A stretch of DNA of 64,000 nucleotides from Eubacteriales bacterium (GTDB taxonomy: Bacteria > Bacillota > Clostridia > Oscillospirales > CAG-272): the NCBI GenBank assembly GCA_051868045.1, contig JBJDZN010000041.1, forward strand, positions 13,087 through 77,086. The letters run 5' to 3'. This document shows, piece after piece, positions 1 to 9,341 of this stretch (positions are counted from its first letter, which is position 1; each line of letters opens with the position of its first letter). Both the position numbers and the translations under genes were made by a program. The notes under the pieces are model-generated. The model had not been told where the DNA came from. It saw only the letters and a list, made by a program, of their open reading frames with translations, and made no database searches.

Positions 1-706
1 GGTCTACCGTTTCGCCGGTCTTGACGAAGGCAAGACGCTTGTTTTCATCCAGGGTTCTTTCAAGCACGTTGCCGTCAACATCCACATAGGTGTAGACGAT
101 CTCACGGTCCTTCATGTACTTGTAGATCACGTTACCGTTGGAATCCAACTGGTAGGACTCTTCTTTATCCGCCCATGACTTGCTCATGGTCAGGAAGCGT
201 GCCTCATAGAAGGGCAGACGCTCGTTGATATAGAAGGTACGCTCGATCGAGGTCGTTTTTGACGCCTCAGAGCCGGTAGAAACATTCAGTTCCTGAACGG
301 GATAGTAGGTGATCTTCAGATTGTACATACCCTCAGCGGGAACCTGAAGCGTCCAACCAACAATGCCGTCGGCGGGGAGATAGAGAACATCCGTGCCGCC
401 CTCAATGGAAAGCTTTTGGACACCGGTTGCATTGGTAATGTCGGTGTTATAGCCGGTAATCGAGTCACCGGAAAGGGTTACGGTTTCAGTTCCCGAGGGA
501 ATATCCACATACTTTGCCAGATACTCGTTGTAATCAATGGTAGCAAGCAACTGAGCAAGCGTCTGTGTTTCGTAACCTGTCGTTGAAGATGAGCCACTGT
601 CGCCGGTGTCGGTTTCATCGCCGGAGATGCTGATCGTTCCGGGTGTAACAATCACCAATGCGGCAAGGATACCGGCGAGAAGCCTGGTCTTCTTGGTTTG
701 TTTCAT
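1..706 (-). CDS. exported protein, N-terminal ~235 codons only (gene continues past the left edge)
   Basis: ATG at 706-704 is preceded by GGAGGAAATGG (revcomp of 710-720). My translation MKQTKKTRLLAGILAALVIVTPGTISISGDETDTGDSGSSSTTGYETQ... has a signal-peptide-like start and stays open to base 1. It is missing from the ORF track because it is truncated. Confidence 0.6.
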   Translation of the reverse strand, partial: MKQTKKTRLLAGILAALVIVTPGTISISGDETDTGDSGSSSTTGYETQTLAQLLATIDYNEYLAKYVDIPSGTETVTLSGDSITGYNTDITNATGVQKLSIEGGTDVLYLPADGIVGWTLQVPAEGMYNLKITYYPVQELNVSTGSEASKTTSIERTFYINERLPFYEARFLTMSKSWADKEESYQLDSNGNVIYKYMKDREIVYTYVDVDGNVLERTLDENKRLAFVKTGETVD

Positions 707-1514
707 TTGCCATTTCCTCCTTAATAAATATGAAAGCAAATACGGTGCAGAACTCGGAATAGGTTGCAGAAAGTATTATAATAATGAAGAAAATTGTCGG
801 GTATTCCGCACCCCGACCGACAAAAGTGAGCAGGACAGACCGTAATGGTTCTGCCGGCAAGCCGTCCGACGACCCCACGCAGCTTCTTACGCCACAATCC
901 ATATTTGCCACATTTGCATGACTCCGACAGTTCAGACATGAAACACCCGGCTTCGTGTCCGGATTTAAGGGAATCTTTCTTTGTCATGGACTTATCTTAC
1001 CATAAATCAAAAAAAATGTCAACACCCCTCGTCCGCCTCAAAACGCTCATTTCGCCACCCGAAAAGTTTTTTTTGGTTCATGAAAATTCCGTGAATTTTC
1101 TATTTTTCACACCGTTCCTGGCGTCTCTGCTTTTTCGCCGGTTTTCGATCTGCAAATTGTCAATGTTATTTACTATATTCTGCTGTTTTTTCTGGCTTTT
1201 CATTGATTATTTTTGGATATTCACAATTATTTCAAATAAGAGCAGTTTTTATTTACTATTTTGTGGTGATTGACAGATGAACAGACCGAGAACACAGCAT
1301 TGGTAATTTTGCACAATTTTCGTCCCGTTTTTTTTACGTCCTGTAAAATTGCACAAAAATCAGATGCAACCCGTGATTTTCCACAGCTCAGGCACTTTTC
1401 CACAGGAAAAGTGCCAACCGGGAGCAGCCCATGCCGTCCGGACGGCAACCTTCAACGGATTCCGTCCGCCTGCAAATTTTTTTCGAACCGATGCCCCTTT
1501 TTTAGAAAAAGCCC

Positions 1515-1543
1515 TTGATTTTTCTGCGCAAATGTGCTATAAT
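1515..1543 (+). promoter_or_regulatory. sigma-70-like promoter candidate (TTGATT-17-TATAAT with TGc extended -10)
   Basis: TTGATT at 1515-1520, a 17-nt spacer ending in TGC, TATAAT at 1538-1543. It lies about 225 nt upstream of the 1770 CDS. Confidence 0.35.
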
Positions 1544-1573
1544 GCAAAAAAAGAACATTTGTTCTTTTTTTGC
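1544..1573. repeat. perfect 13-bp inverted repeat (GCAAAAAAAGAAC attt GTTCTTTTTTTGC)
   Basis: Read directly from the sequence. It starts right after the candidate -10, and its terminator or operator role is unclear. Confidence 0.6.
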
Positions 1574-1769
1574 ATCCCGGAATAAGTCCCTGTGCGCCTT
1601 TCCGTAATCCCGTCCGACTACATTCACACCGCCCCGTGAGTCTCCGATTTGCCCTGATAGGATGTCCCGTTACGCCGCAAGGCAAAAGCGAAACAAACCC
1701 GTCTGCACCGCCCCGCAGACCAACCTGCATACATACTGCATATGAATTTGAATGAAAGGATGAACGATC

Positions 1770-2147
1770 TTGAACTGGATCTGTTATTTTGAAAAATACA
1801 AATCCGACCGCAAGCTGTTGGACGCCATTGAACTTGAAATTTTCCGACTGGAACGGCAGGGAAACGATCGGGAACGTCTCCGCAAGCTCCGTCAGACTTC
1901 CGAGACCCTTCGGGCAGGCATCCTTCGGGTGGAAGAACTGCTGGAGGGCTATGTTGCCGCCGCAAAAACGCCGAAAGAAGCCTCCCTGCGGGCGCAGGAG
2001 CAGTTATTCCTCTGCCTGCGCTATCAACAGGATATGACCATGGAGCAGACCGCCGAGGCAATGGATGTCAGCCGTGACACCGCTTATCGGATTCGCAAGC
2101 GGATCGTCGCCAGAGGCGACATCTTTTCCTCAACCCGCTCCCGTTGA
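1770..2147 (+). CDS. small sigma-70 region-4-like HTH protein (phage/ArpU- or DUF1492-like class)
   Basis: The C-terminal EQLFLCLRYQQDMTMEQTAEAMDVSRDTAYRIRKRIV looks like a region 4.2 HTH. TTG start with GAAAGGA 9 nt upstream, and no in-frame ATG near the 5' end. Confidence 0.55.
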   Translation: MNWICYFEKYKSDRKLLDAIELEIFRLERQGNDRERLRKLRQTSETLRAGILRVEELLEGYVAAAKTPKEASLRAQEQLFLCLRYQQDMTMEQTAEAMDVSRDTAYRIRKRIVARGDIFSSTRSR

Positions 2148-2214
2148 TTTTTGAGCCTTTTCTTGTCGTAATCTTAACTTTTCGAAAATTTTTACATTAA
2201 TTTCCAAAATCCTC

Positions 2215-2243
2215 TTTACAAACTGCCAAAAGTTTGCTATAAT
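2215..2243 (+). promoter_or_regulatory. sigma-70-like promoter candidate
   Basis: TTTACA at 2215-2220, 17-nt spacer ending in TGC, TATAAT at 2238-2243. Confidence 0.45.
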
Positions 2244-2363
2244 GAAAGAAAGGGTTCGACGGGATGCTGTTGTCCGCCCGATACCCATACGAAAGCAGAC
2301 TGCGCCTTATCGGCTTGGCGGCGGTTCTGCATATTGAGAATGAGAAAGGTTAGGTGTCCACAA

Positions 2364-3590
2364 ATGAACTACAGTGAAGCACGCAAACTGCTGGAAGAAC
2401 ACGGTCAATCCCATCTGCTCGCCTACTACGACGAACTCAACGATGAGTCCAAGGCTTCCCTACTCTCCCAGATCGAAAAGATCGACTGGTCTCTTCTGGA
2501 TCTGCTGAAGAGGGAGGAAATGAAGGTAGAAAAGGGCGTTTTGTCCCCTTTGGGTGCCCTTGAAATCCCCGAAATCGAGGCAAACCGTGAAAAATTCGAG
2601 GCTGTCGGCATTGACGCCCTCAAGGCTGAGAAGGTCGGTGCCGTTCTGCTGGCAGGCGGTCAGGGTACCAGACTTGGCTATGACGGACCCAAGGGAACCT
2701 ATCCCATCGGCGTCAACCGCGAGCTGTACATTTTCCAGTGCCTGATCAACAACATGATGGACGTGGTCAAGCGTACCGGCGCATGGATTCCCCTCTTTAT
2801 CATGACCAGCGAGAAGAACAACGATGCCACCGTCTCCTTCTTCAAGGAGCATGACTATTTCGGCTACGATGCCGGACACATCCGTTTCTTCATTCAGGAA
2901 ATGGCACCCTCCGTGGACTACAACGGCAAGATCTATCTGGAGGCAAAGGACAAGATTTCCCTGTCCCCCAACGGCAACGGCGGTTGGTTCACCTCTCTGG
3001 TGAAGGCAGGCTATCTGGATCAGATCAAGGCAGAAGGCATCGAGTGGCTGACCGTCTTTGCAGTGGACAATGTTTGCCAGCGCATCAATGATCCCGCCTT
3101 CGTAGGAGCCACCATTGCCTCGGGTCGTGAGTGCGGCGCAAAGGTCGTCGCCAAGGCGAACCCCACCGAGAAGATCGGCGTTCTCTGTCTGGAGGACGGC
3201 AAACCCTCCATCGTAGAGTACTACGAGATCACCGAGGACATGAAGAACCTCCGGGACGACAAGGGTGAGCTTCAGTACAAGTTCGGCGTTATCCTGAACT
3301 ATATGTTCAAGGTATCCAAGCTGGAGGACATTCTGAAGGATTCCATGCCCACCCACGTGGTAGAGAAGAAGATTCCCTATCTGGACGAAAACGGCGTTCT
3401 CCAGAAGCCCACAACCCCCAACGGCTACAAGTTCGAAACCCTGGTGCTGGACATGATCCATCTGATGGACTCCTGCCTGAGCTACGAGGTTGTCCGTGAG
3501 CGTGAATTTGCTCCGGTCAAGAACGCCACCGGCGTGGATTCGGTAGAAACCGCAAGAGAGCTTCTGAAGAAGAACGGAGTGGAAATTTAA
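2364..3590 (+). CDS. UDP-sugar / UDP-N-acetylhexosamine pyrophosphorylase (UDPGP family)
   Basis: LLAGGQGTRLGYDGPKGTYPIG nucleotide-binding loop and overall UAP1-like layout. I prefer ATG 2364 (MNYSEARK) over the TTG at 2334 used by the ORF track. Confidence 0.8.
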   Translation: MNYSEARKLLEEHGQSHLLAYYDELNDESKASLLSQIEKIDWSLLDLLKREEMKVEKGVLSPLGALEIPEIEANREKFEAVGIDALKAEKVGAVLLAGGQGTRLGYDGPKGTYPIGVNRELYIFQCLINNMMDVVKRTGAWIPLFIMTSEKNNDATVSFFKEHDYFGYDAGHIRFFIQEMAPSVDYNGKIYLEAKDKISLSPNGNGGWFTSLVKAGYLDQIKAEGIEWLTVFAVDNVCQRINDPAFVGATIASGRECGAKVVAKANPTEKIGVLCLEDGKPSIVEYYEITEDMKNLRDDKGELQYKFGVILNYMFKVSKLEDILKDSMPTHVVEKKIPYLDENGVLQKPTTPNGYKFETLVLDMIHLMDSCLSYEVVREREFAPVKNATGVDSVETARELLKKNGVEI

Positions 3591-3603
3591 GCAAAATCAT
3601 TCA

Positions 3604-3711
3604 GGGGAACTTTTTGAAAAAAGTTCCCCACTCGATGTTTGCTGTTTTTTGCCCTGAAACGGGCAAAAACGGCGGACTCGTCGGGGCAGTGCATTGCAAA
3701 TGCACTGCCCC
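3604..3711. terminator. three consecutive perfect hairpins between convergent genes
   Basis: GGGGAACTTTTT/AAAAAGTTCCCC at 3604-3629, TTTTTGCCC/GGGCAAAAA at 3646-3669, GGGGCAGTGCATT/AATGCACTGCCCC at 3683-3711. Confidence 0.6.
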
Positions 3712-3823
3712 TGAATCCCCTCAAACGCCCGATCAAAATTGCCGTCGGAACGGTTGCTTATGTTATCGCCGTTGCCATCGGGGTTCTGATCGCTTGGGCA
3801 ATGGGCTGACCGTCGGCTCTGCG

Positions 3824-4687
3824 TTAAGGGTTATCCGTGCATCGACCGCCCGTCTTTCCCTCAATCCATCGCTCGTAGTAAAAGAGATACTGCTGGCAAA
3901 GTCCCGCATATCGCCCAAAATCGGGAGCTTTTCCCCTGCATTCGGGATAGTATTTGCCGAGGATCCGCTTGACCCAGACATCCACCGGGAAGGCATCGTC
4001 CTTTCCAAAGCCAAACAGCAGGGCGCAGGACGCCACCTTGACCCCCACACCCCGAACCCTGCACAGCGTTTCAATCGCCTGCGGGGTGGGCAGTTTTCGG
4101 ATCGCCTGAAGATCGAGGGAGCCGTCAGCCACCGATCGGGACAGCTCACGGATGTAGCCCGCCCGATAACCAAGCCCCAATGCCCGCAGATCGTCTTCGG
4201 ATGCCGCAGACAGCTCGACAGGAGTAGGAAAAGCATGATCGCCGTCGGGCAGCCCTCTCCCGTATGTCCTGCACAGCGTTTCGATGATTTTTCGGATTCT
4301 TGCGATGTTGTTGTTCTGGGAGATCACGAAGCTGCACAGTGCCTCCCACGGCTCCTGCCGCAAAATCCGGATTCCCTTTCCTGCCTCCATAGCGGCGTCA
4401 AGATGGGCATCCCCCAGTGCGGACAGCTGCCGCCGGATGGCGGCATAGTCCTCGGACAACCCCAGATAGCCCATCCAAAGGCAGTCAAAATCCGATTTTG
4501 TGCAGCCGGGCAGGATTACCCGATCGCCCTCTGCCTTCACCGACAGCCGCTTTCCGAAGGCGATTCCCGACCAGATTCCATCCTTTTTATAAAAGCGGAA
4601 GCACTGTCCGCAGTCAAAAATCAGATCGGGGTCAAAAGCATCCACCCCGGTCAGCTTCAAATCCTGTCCTATTTGTTGTACATCCAT
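3824..4687 (-). CDS. ogg: 8-oxoguanine DNA glycosylase / AP lyase (Ogg, HhH-GPD superfamily)
   Basis: N-terminal FDCGQCFRF OGG_N-like motif. HhH-GPD region with GVGVKVASCALLFGFGKDDAFPVDVWVKRIL. Confidence 0.85.
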   Translation of the reverse strand: MDVQQIGQDLKLTGVDAFDPDLIFDCGQCFRFYKKDGIWSGIAFGKRLSVKAEGDRVILPGCTKSDFDCLWMGYLGLSEDYAAIRRQLSALGDAHLDAAMEAGKGIRILRQEPWEALCSFVISQNNNIARIRKIIETLCRTYGRGLPDGDHAFPTPVELSAASEDDLRALGLGYRAGYIRELSRSVADGSLDLQAIRKLPTPQAIETLCRVRGVGVKVASCALLFGFGKDDAFPVDVWVKRILGKYYPECRGKAPDFGRYAGLCQQYLFYYERWIEGKTGGRCTDNP

Positions 4688-4728
4688 TGTAAACCGTCCA
4701 TTATGTAAAGATTCAAGGAGAGTATGCC

Positions 4729-5448
4729 ATGGCAGAGACCATCTATACCATACCGATCAACGAAGTCTTCGAGGAGAACATGCAGGAAAATGCCTGCCGA
4801 TGCCCCTTCTGCGTCCTTGCGGGCAAACTGGAATCGGAGGAGCTGGAGATCATCCTGGGAGCCTCCATGATGGAGCCGGACATCCGGATCAAGACCAACG
4901 AGCAGGGATTCTGCGCCAATCACTTTTCCAAAATGCTCCGGATTGCCAAGCGTCTGCCTCTGGCACTGATGCTGGAGAGCCATCTGAACGAAGTTTCGGA
5001 CAAACTGGGCAAAAAGGGGATTTTCAAGCCCTCCCCCGAAAAATACGGCAAAATGCTCTCCGATCTGGCGTCCTCCTGCTACGTCTGCGGCAGAATCGAG
5101 GCAAACGAGAAGCGTCTGCTGTCCAACGCCGCCTATATGTGGAAGGTGGACGACGAATTCCGGAAGAAATTCCGTGCCCAGCCCTATTTTTGTCTGGATC
5201 ATGCCGCCCGACTGCTGGATGCCGCCAAGAACGAGCTCAGCAAGAAGGAGCTTGCCGACTTTACCTCCGAGCTGTCCGATCTGCAAAACAGCTTTCTGTC
5301 CACCCTGTGCGAGGACGTGTCGAAATTTGCCAAATCCTTTGACTACCGCTACGCTTCAGAGCCGCTGACGGACGAGGAAAAAACCTCGGTGGAACGCTCC
5401 ATCCGCTATCTGTCCGGCGACGCCGCCGCACCCATTAAGGATGCCTGA
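4729..5448 (+). CDS. conserved hypothetical Cys-motif protein (DUF6062-like, from memory)
   Basis: AAGGAGAG RBS. IYTIPINEVF...CRCPFC, FCANH, CYVCGR and FCLDH motifs suggest Zn binding. Divergent from ogg. Confidence 0.7.
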   Translation: MAETIYTIPINEVFEENMQENACRCPFCVLAGKLESEELEIILGASMMEPDIRIKTNEQGFCANHFSKMLRIAKRLPLALMLESHLNEVSDKLGKKGIFKPSPEKYGKMLSDLASSCYVCGRIEANEKRLLSNAAYMWKVDDEFRKKFRAQPYFCLDHAARLLDAAKNELSKKELADFTSELSDLQNSFLSTLCEDVSKFAKSFDYRYASEPLTDEEKTSVERSIRYLSGDAAAPIKDA

Positions 5449-5584
5449 GAGCCTCTTATCCCCCGATTATATTCCGGAATACCTTTTCTGACGGGCAAAA
5501 GGACGGCGTAAGCCGACAAGGTGCATTTTCAGTAAAAGCACCGTCTTTGTTCGCATTTGCTTCGATGCTTTCATTATATCACAA

Positions 5585-5613
5585 CCCCTCCCGATTTTCA
5601 AGGTCGGGAGGGG
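5585..5613. terminator. hairpin between convergent genes
   Basis: CCCCTCCCGA ttttcaagg TCGGGAGGGG followed by caatttta. Confidence 0.55.
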
Positions 5614-5660
5614 CAATTTTATTGCTGAATACGGATTCTTTTATTATCGATCCGACTTTT

Positions 5661-6764
5661 TTACTCGTAGTACATGGAGTTCAGCACCTGGGCACTGTAA
5701 AGAAAGAGGACGTCGGTGTTCTCCCCCGTGGGCAGAACCTCCTCGAACAGGGTCAGATGTCGGGTCTTGACCCATCTCAGGTCCACCAGCGTGATCTGTT
5801 TATAGGATTTGACCATCAGCGGGGACAGACTCCGTCCGAAACTGTCCCGGAACAGAATCAGATTCCGGTCGCCGGTGGCGTTGGGGTTCTCGATGACCAC
5901 CACCGCATTTTCCCCGCCGAGAAAGAGATCGTAGCTGTCGTCGCTGTTGACAAATGCCTCGGTATCGTAAACCGAGCCCGACACGGCGGTATCCCCGTTC
6001 AGCACCGTCACCTGACACTCCTCCAGCAGATCGTTCGTCAGGTAAACCATGGTATCCTTTCCCACGGGAAACGCCGCCTGACCGTACAGAACCCCGTAAA
6101 AGTCCCCCGCATCGACCTCGGTCAGTTCCCCATCGGCAAACAACTCGAAGCCCATTGCCTCCGACAGCCGGGACAGGGACTTATCCAGACACTCCTGCCG
6201 CCAATGGATGTCGGTTTTGTAGAAATCCTCAAGGGTCAGGCAGTCCGACAGGTCGATATACTCCGCCTTCTCTCCGAGGGCGGTTTGATAGCAGGACAGA
6301 AGGGTTTCGTAGTCCAGCCCCAGTCCCTTGTCCGCATAGTAACCCTTGTCGTAGATGATGCTGTAATAAACCTGACAGTCGGAAAATCGGCTGTCGATCA
6401 GCCCGGACAGGACCTTTGCGGTATGCTCGTGATTCTGCACCTTGAGGGGGTAGATTTGTTCGAACTCGCTGCCATTCTTGACGGTATATCCGTTGACATC
6501 CGACTGCCCAAGCAGATAGGCGGCGAAGCCCACCTTCAGTCGGCGAAAGGTCAGGCGCAGGGGAAACTGATCGGTCAGATAGGCATCCATCTGATTCATA
6601 TAGGCGGAAAATCCCTGCTGGCTGTCGTATTCGGGAAGCTGTTCCAGCGTCCGACGTTCCTCGGCGGACATCTCTTTATCGGGAATCAGAATCCCGGCAA
6701 GTCCGAATCCCCCAAGGAAAAGCAGAAACAGGGACAGGATCAGGATATTCTTGATTTTACTCAT
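5661..6764 (-). CDS. DHHW-family protein (AlgX/AlgJ-like partner of MBOAT acyltransferases)
   Basis: N-terminal membrane anchor MSKIKNILILSLFLLFLGGFGLAGIL. YKTDIHWRQE matches the DHHW signature region (here DIHW). It sits directly downstream of an MBOAT gene. Confidence 0.85.
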   Translation of the reverse strand: MSKIKNILILSLFLLFLGGFGLAGILIPDKEMSAEERRTLEQLPEYDSQQGFSAYMNQMDAYLTDQFPLRLTFRRLKVGFAAYLLGQSDVNGYTVKNGSEFEQIYPLKVQNHEHTAKVLSGLIDSRFSDCQVYYSIIYDKGYYADKGLGLDYETLLSCYQTALGEKAEYIDLSDCLTLEDFYKTDIHWRQECLDKSLSRLSEAMGFELFADGELTEVDAGDFYGVLYGQAAFPVGKDTMVYLTNDLLEECQVTVLNGDTAVSGSVYDTEAFVNSDDSYDLFLGGENAVVVIENPNATGDRNLILFRDSFGRSLSPLMVKSYKQITLVDLRWVKTRHLTLFEEVLPTGENTDVLFLYSAQVLNSMYYE

Positions 6765-6857
6765 AACATCGCCTCAACTTTGCCTGATATACGGGAAAAT
6801 GCACCCTTTTCCCTCCGAAATTGCCGTTTTGCGTCCAAATAAAGGGCATTTGCAAAA

Positions 6858-8243
6858 TCAGAATCGGAAATACAGGAAGGGATTGAAGGACCCATCCACC
6901 AGATAGGCGGTGACGACCGCCAGTCCGCCAACCATGAGAATCGGCTCGGCAACCGTGCGGACCCCGTCCGGCAGTCTCGCCCACGCCTTTTTGACCACGG
7001 GGGTGGACCCCACGATTCCGAGGACAAAGAGAACCCCGAAGCTCATAAGATAATAGAGGGTCTCCTCTGTGAGAAGCGGCAGACCGCCAAAGCCGAACAT
7101 GGTTGCAAGATTGGCTCCTGCTTCACCCACCGTTGCCGCACTGAAGAGAACGAAGCCCAGTACCACGAACAGAAGGGTATAAAGGTGTCCGATAACCGGG
7201 AATTTCTTCACCCATTTCAGCAAAAACAGCTTTTCGAGAATCAGAAGAACCCCGTAGAGCAGTCCCCACAAAAGAAAATTCCATGCCGCACCGTGCCACA
7301 GTCCTGTCAGCATCCAGACAATCAGTAGATTAACGATCTGACGGGGCAGTCCCTTCCGATTGCCTCCGAGGGGAATATAAACATAATCCCGAAACCAGCC
7401 CGACAGGGTCATATGCCACCTGCGCCAGAACTCGGTAATGGAGCCCGAAATATAGGGATAATCGAAGTTTTCGGGGAAGTGGAAGCCGAACATCTTTCCC
7501 ATTCCGATTGCCATATCCGAATACCCCGAGAAATCGAAGTAGATCTGCAGGGTGTAGGCGATTGCCGACATCCAGGCAAACAGCAGAGATTTTTCGCCGC
7601 TTCCGGCATACAGGGTGCAGATTTCCCCGAATTGATTGGCAAGCAGGACTTTTTTGGCAAGTCCCACGGTAAAGCGAAGGATTCCGTCGGACAGCCCGGA
7701 CAGGGTATACGGACGGTCGGCAAGCTCCGCCTCCACGTCGCTGTATCGGACAATGGGTCCTGCGATCAGCTGGGGAAACAGGCAGAGATAGGTGGCAAAG
7801 GAAAGAGGATTCTTCTGAATTTTAGCCTGACCCCGATAGACATCCACGGTGTAGGACATCGCCTGGAAGGTATAGAAGCTGATGCCCACCGGCAGGGCAA
7901 GCCCCGGAAGGGGAATCTGCCATCCGGTAACGGTGTTCAGGGTGGAGACCAGAAAATCTGCGTACTTGAACAGGGCAAGCATCCCCACATTGCCCACCAC
8001 CGATAGAATCAGCAGAAACTTTCGCAGTCCCTTCCCCGTTTTTTCGGAAAGAAACCGTCCGATCAGCCAGTTGAAAAGGGCGGAAAGGGGCAGAAGCCAG
8101 AAGAGTTTTGACTCGCCGACGAAATAGAACAGCAGAGAGGCGATCAGCAGAACCCCGTTTTTCAGTTTTTTGGGCACAACAGAATAAAGTGCCAGAGTCA
8201 GAATCAGAAAATAAAACAGAAAGGAGGCTGACGAAAAATTCAT
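6858..8243 (-). CDS. MBOAT-family O-acyltransferase (AlgI/DltB-like)
   Basis: Polytopic 461-aa protein with the typical FWRRWHMTLSGWFRDYVYIPLGGNR and GLWHGAAWNF motifs. Confidence 0.92.
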   Translation of the reverse strand: MNFSSASFLFYFLILTLALYSVVPKKLKNGVLLIASLLFYFVGESKLFWLLPLSALFNWLIGRFLSEKTGKGLRKFLLILSVVGNVGMLALFKYADFLVSTLNTVTGWQIPLPGLALPVGISFYTFQAMSYTVDVYRGQAKIQKNPLSFATYLCLFPQLIAGPIVRYSDVEAELADRPYTLSGLSDGILRFTVGLAKKVLLANQFGEICTLYAGSGEKSLLFAWMSAIAYTLQIYFDFSGYSDMAIGMGKMFGFHFPENFDYPYISGSITEFWRRWHMTLSGWFRDYVYIPLGGNRKGLPRQIVNLLIVWMLTGLWHGAAWNFLLWGLLYGVLLILEKLFLLKWVKKFPVIGHLYTLLFVVLGFVLFSAATVGEAGANLATMFGFGGLPLLTEETLYYLMSFGVLFVLGIVGSTPVVKKAWARLPDGVRTVAEPILMVGGLAVVTAYLVDGSFNPFLYFRF

Positions 8244-8371
8244 GAGCGATCGTCCTTTGAATCAAAATTCATCCTTTTTTTACTTTTTATTTCAACTTTT
8301 TTCGATTGACTGTTTTTGCGATTGTTTTTTAGCGGTTCATGCCCGTGTAAGCGGTTTTTCCCGCATTGCCG

Positions 8372-8419
8372 AAAAACGGCGCACCAATCGCCAATTTATG
8401 CGGTCACGTGCGCCGTTTT
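8372..8419. terminator. bidirectional terminator-like hairpin
   Basis: AAAAA-CGGCGCAC ...23 nt... GTGCGCCG-TTTT, between the DUF4358 gene and the MBOAT gene. Confidence 0.5.
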
Positions 8420-8443
8420 CACATATTCGGGAATTATTTGCGA

Positions 8444-9055
8444 TCAGACATCAATGTTCTCAAATGCGCTCTTGATCGCACCGGCACGCTGAATATCGGA
8501 ATCCATGATCAGGAGAATGGAATTGCCATTCACAATCACATCCACTACCGTTGCCGTTACACAAATCCACTTGGCGGGATCTACGCCGGTCCGAATGGCA
8601 TCGGCGATGCTCTGAATGTCTGCGTCGCTATCCAGCGTCAGGACTGCCAGCGTGTAGGGAATGGAACCGATGAGCGGCTCGGATACCTCTGCGTCCCTTG
8701 CGGAGGAAGGAGGATCAATCCCAAAGACATAGCGGAAGGCATCCACGTCTCCAAGATCCAGACTCCGACTTTCCAGCGAGGGGAACTCCACGTCTCCTTC
8801 AAGCTGACTGTAAATCTCTCCGACGATCTCCTCGGCGGTTTTTGCCTCATCTGCCGTGGGCTGTCCTGCGGGATTCTCATCCGTGGTAGCTCCCGTTTGA
8901 GTTGACGTTTCGGCTGATGTCTGGGCAGAGCTTCCCGATGTGTTGGTCTGATCGTTCGTTCCGGTTCTGCCGCAGGATGTCAGCAGCATTGCCGCCGCCA
9001 GCATCAATGCGCAAAGGGAACCGCCGATTTTTGTCATGTTTTTCATTTGTCTCAT
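8444..9055 (-). CDS. DUF4358-like lipoprotein
   Basis: Lipobox LLTSCG after a signal peptide, a Thr/Ser/Ala-rich linker, then a small globular domain. This family classically neighbours MBOAT/DHHW pairs in Clostridia (from memory). Confidence 0.75.
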   Translation of the reverse strand: MRQMKNMTKIGGSLCALMLAAAMLLTSCGRTGTNDQTNTSGSSAQTSAETSTQTGATTDENPAGQPTADEAKTAEEIVGEIYSQLEGDVEFPSLESRSLDLGDVDAFRYVFGIDPPSSARDAEVSEPLIGSIPYTLAVLTLDSDADIQSIADAIRTGVDPAKWICVTATVVDVIVNGNSILLIMDSDIQRAGAIKSAFENIDV

Positions 9056-9341
9056 CCATCCTTTTTGTGTTTTATTTGCATGATTTTGACCGAAAATTTG
9101 GTGCGACGGGTGAAAATTTGCCCATCCAACCCCGTCTGCATTCTACTGAACTCTGTGAACCGTGAATGAACGATTCGTTAAGATTGTCAATAGTCTTTGT
9201 CCATGCCAAGGGATTTATACCACCGCCCGCAAAATTTTCAAAAGACGGCGGTTGTAGGCTTATCTCAAATTTTTTGAGGGATTTTCGGGGGGTCTCATTC
9301 AAATAACGCCAAAAATATTCCCCCGCATCAAATTTTATATC

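Noticed and set aside
721-1273. 88-aa and 142-aa ORFs in the AT-rich block
   Set aside because: They have no RBS, a composition that is low-complexity or Phe/Leu/Cys-rich and driven by AT-rich sequence, overlapping opposite-strand ORFs, and no recognisable motifs.
9072-9302. 76-aa minus-strand ORF between the DUF4358 gene and the GT28 gene
   Set aside because: It has a TTG start without an RBS and no motifs. The region more likely holds the DUF4358 promoter and leader.
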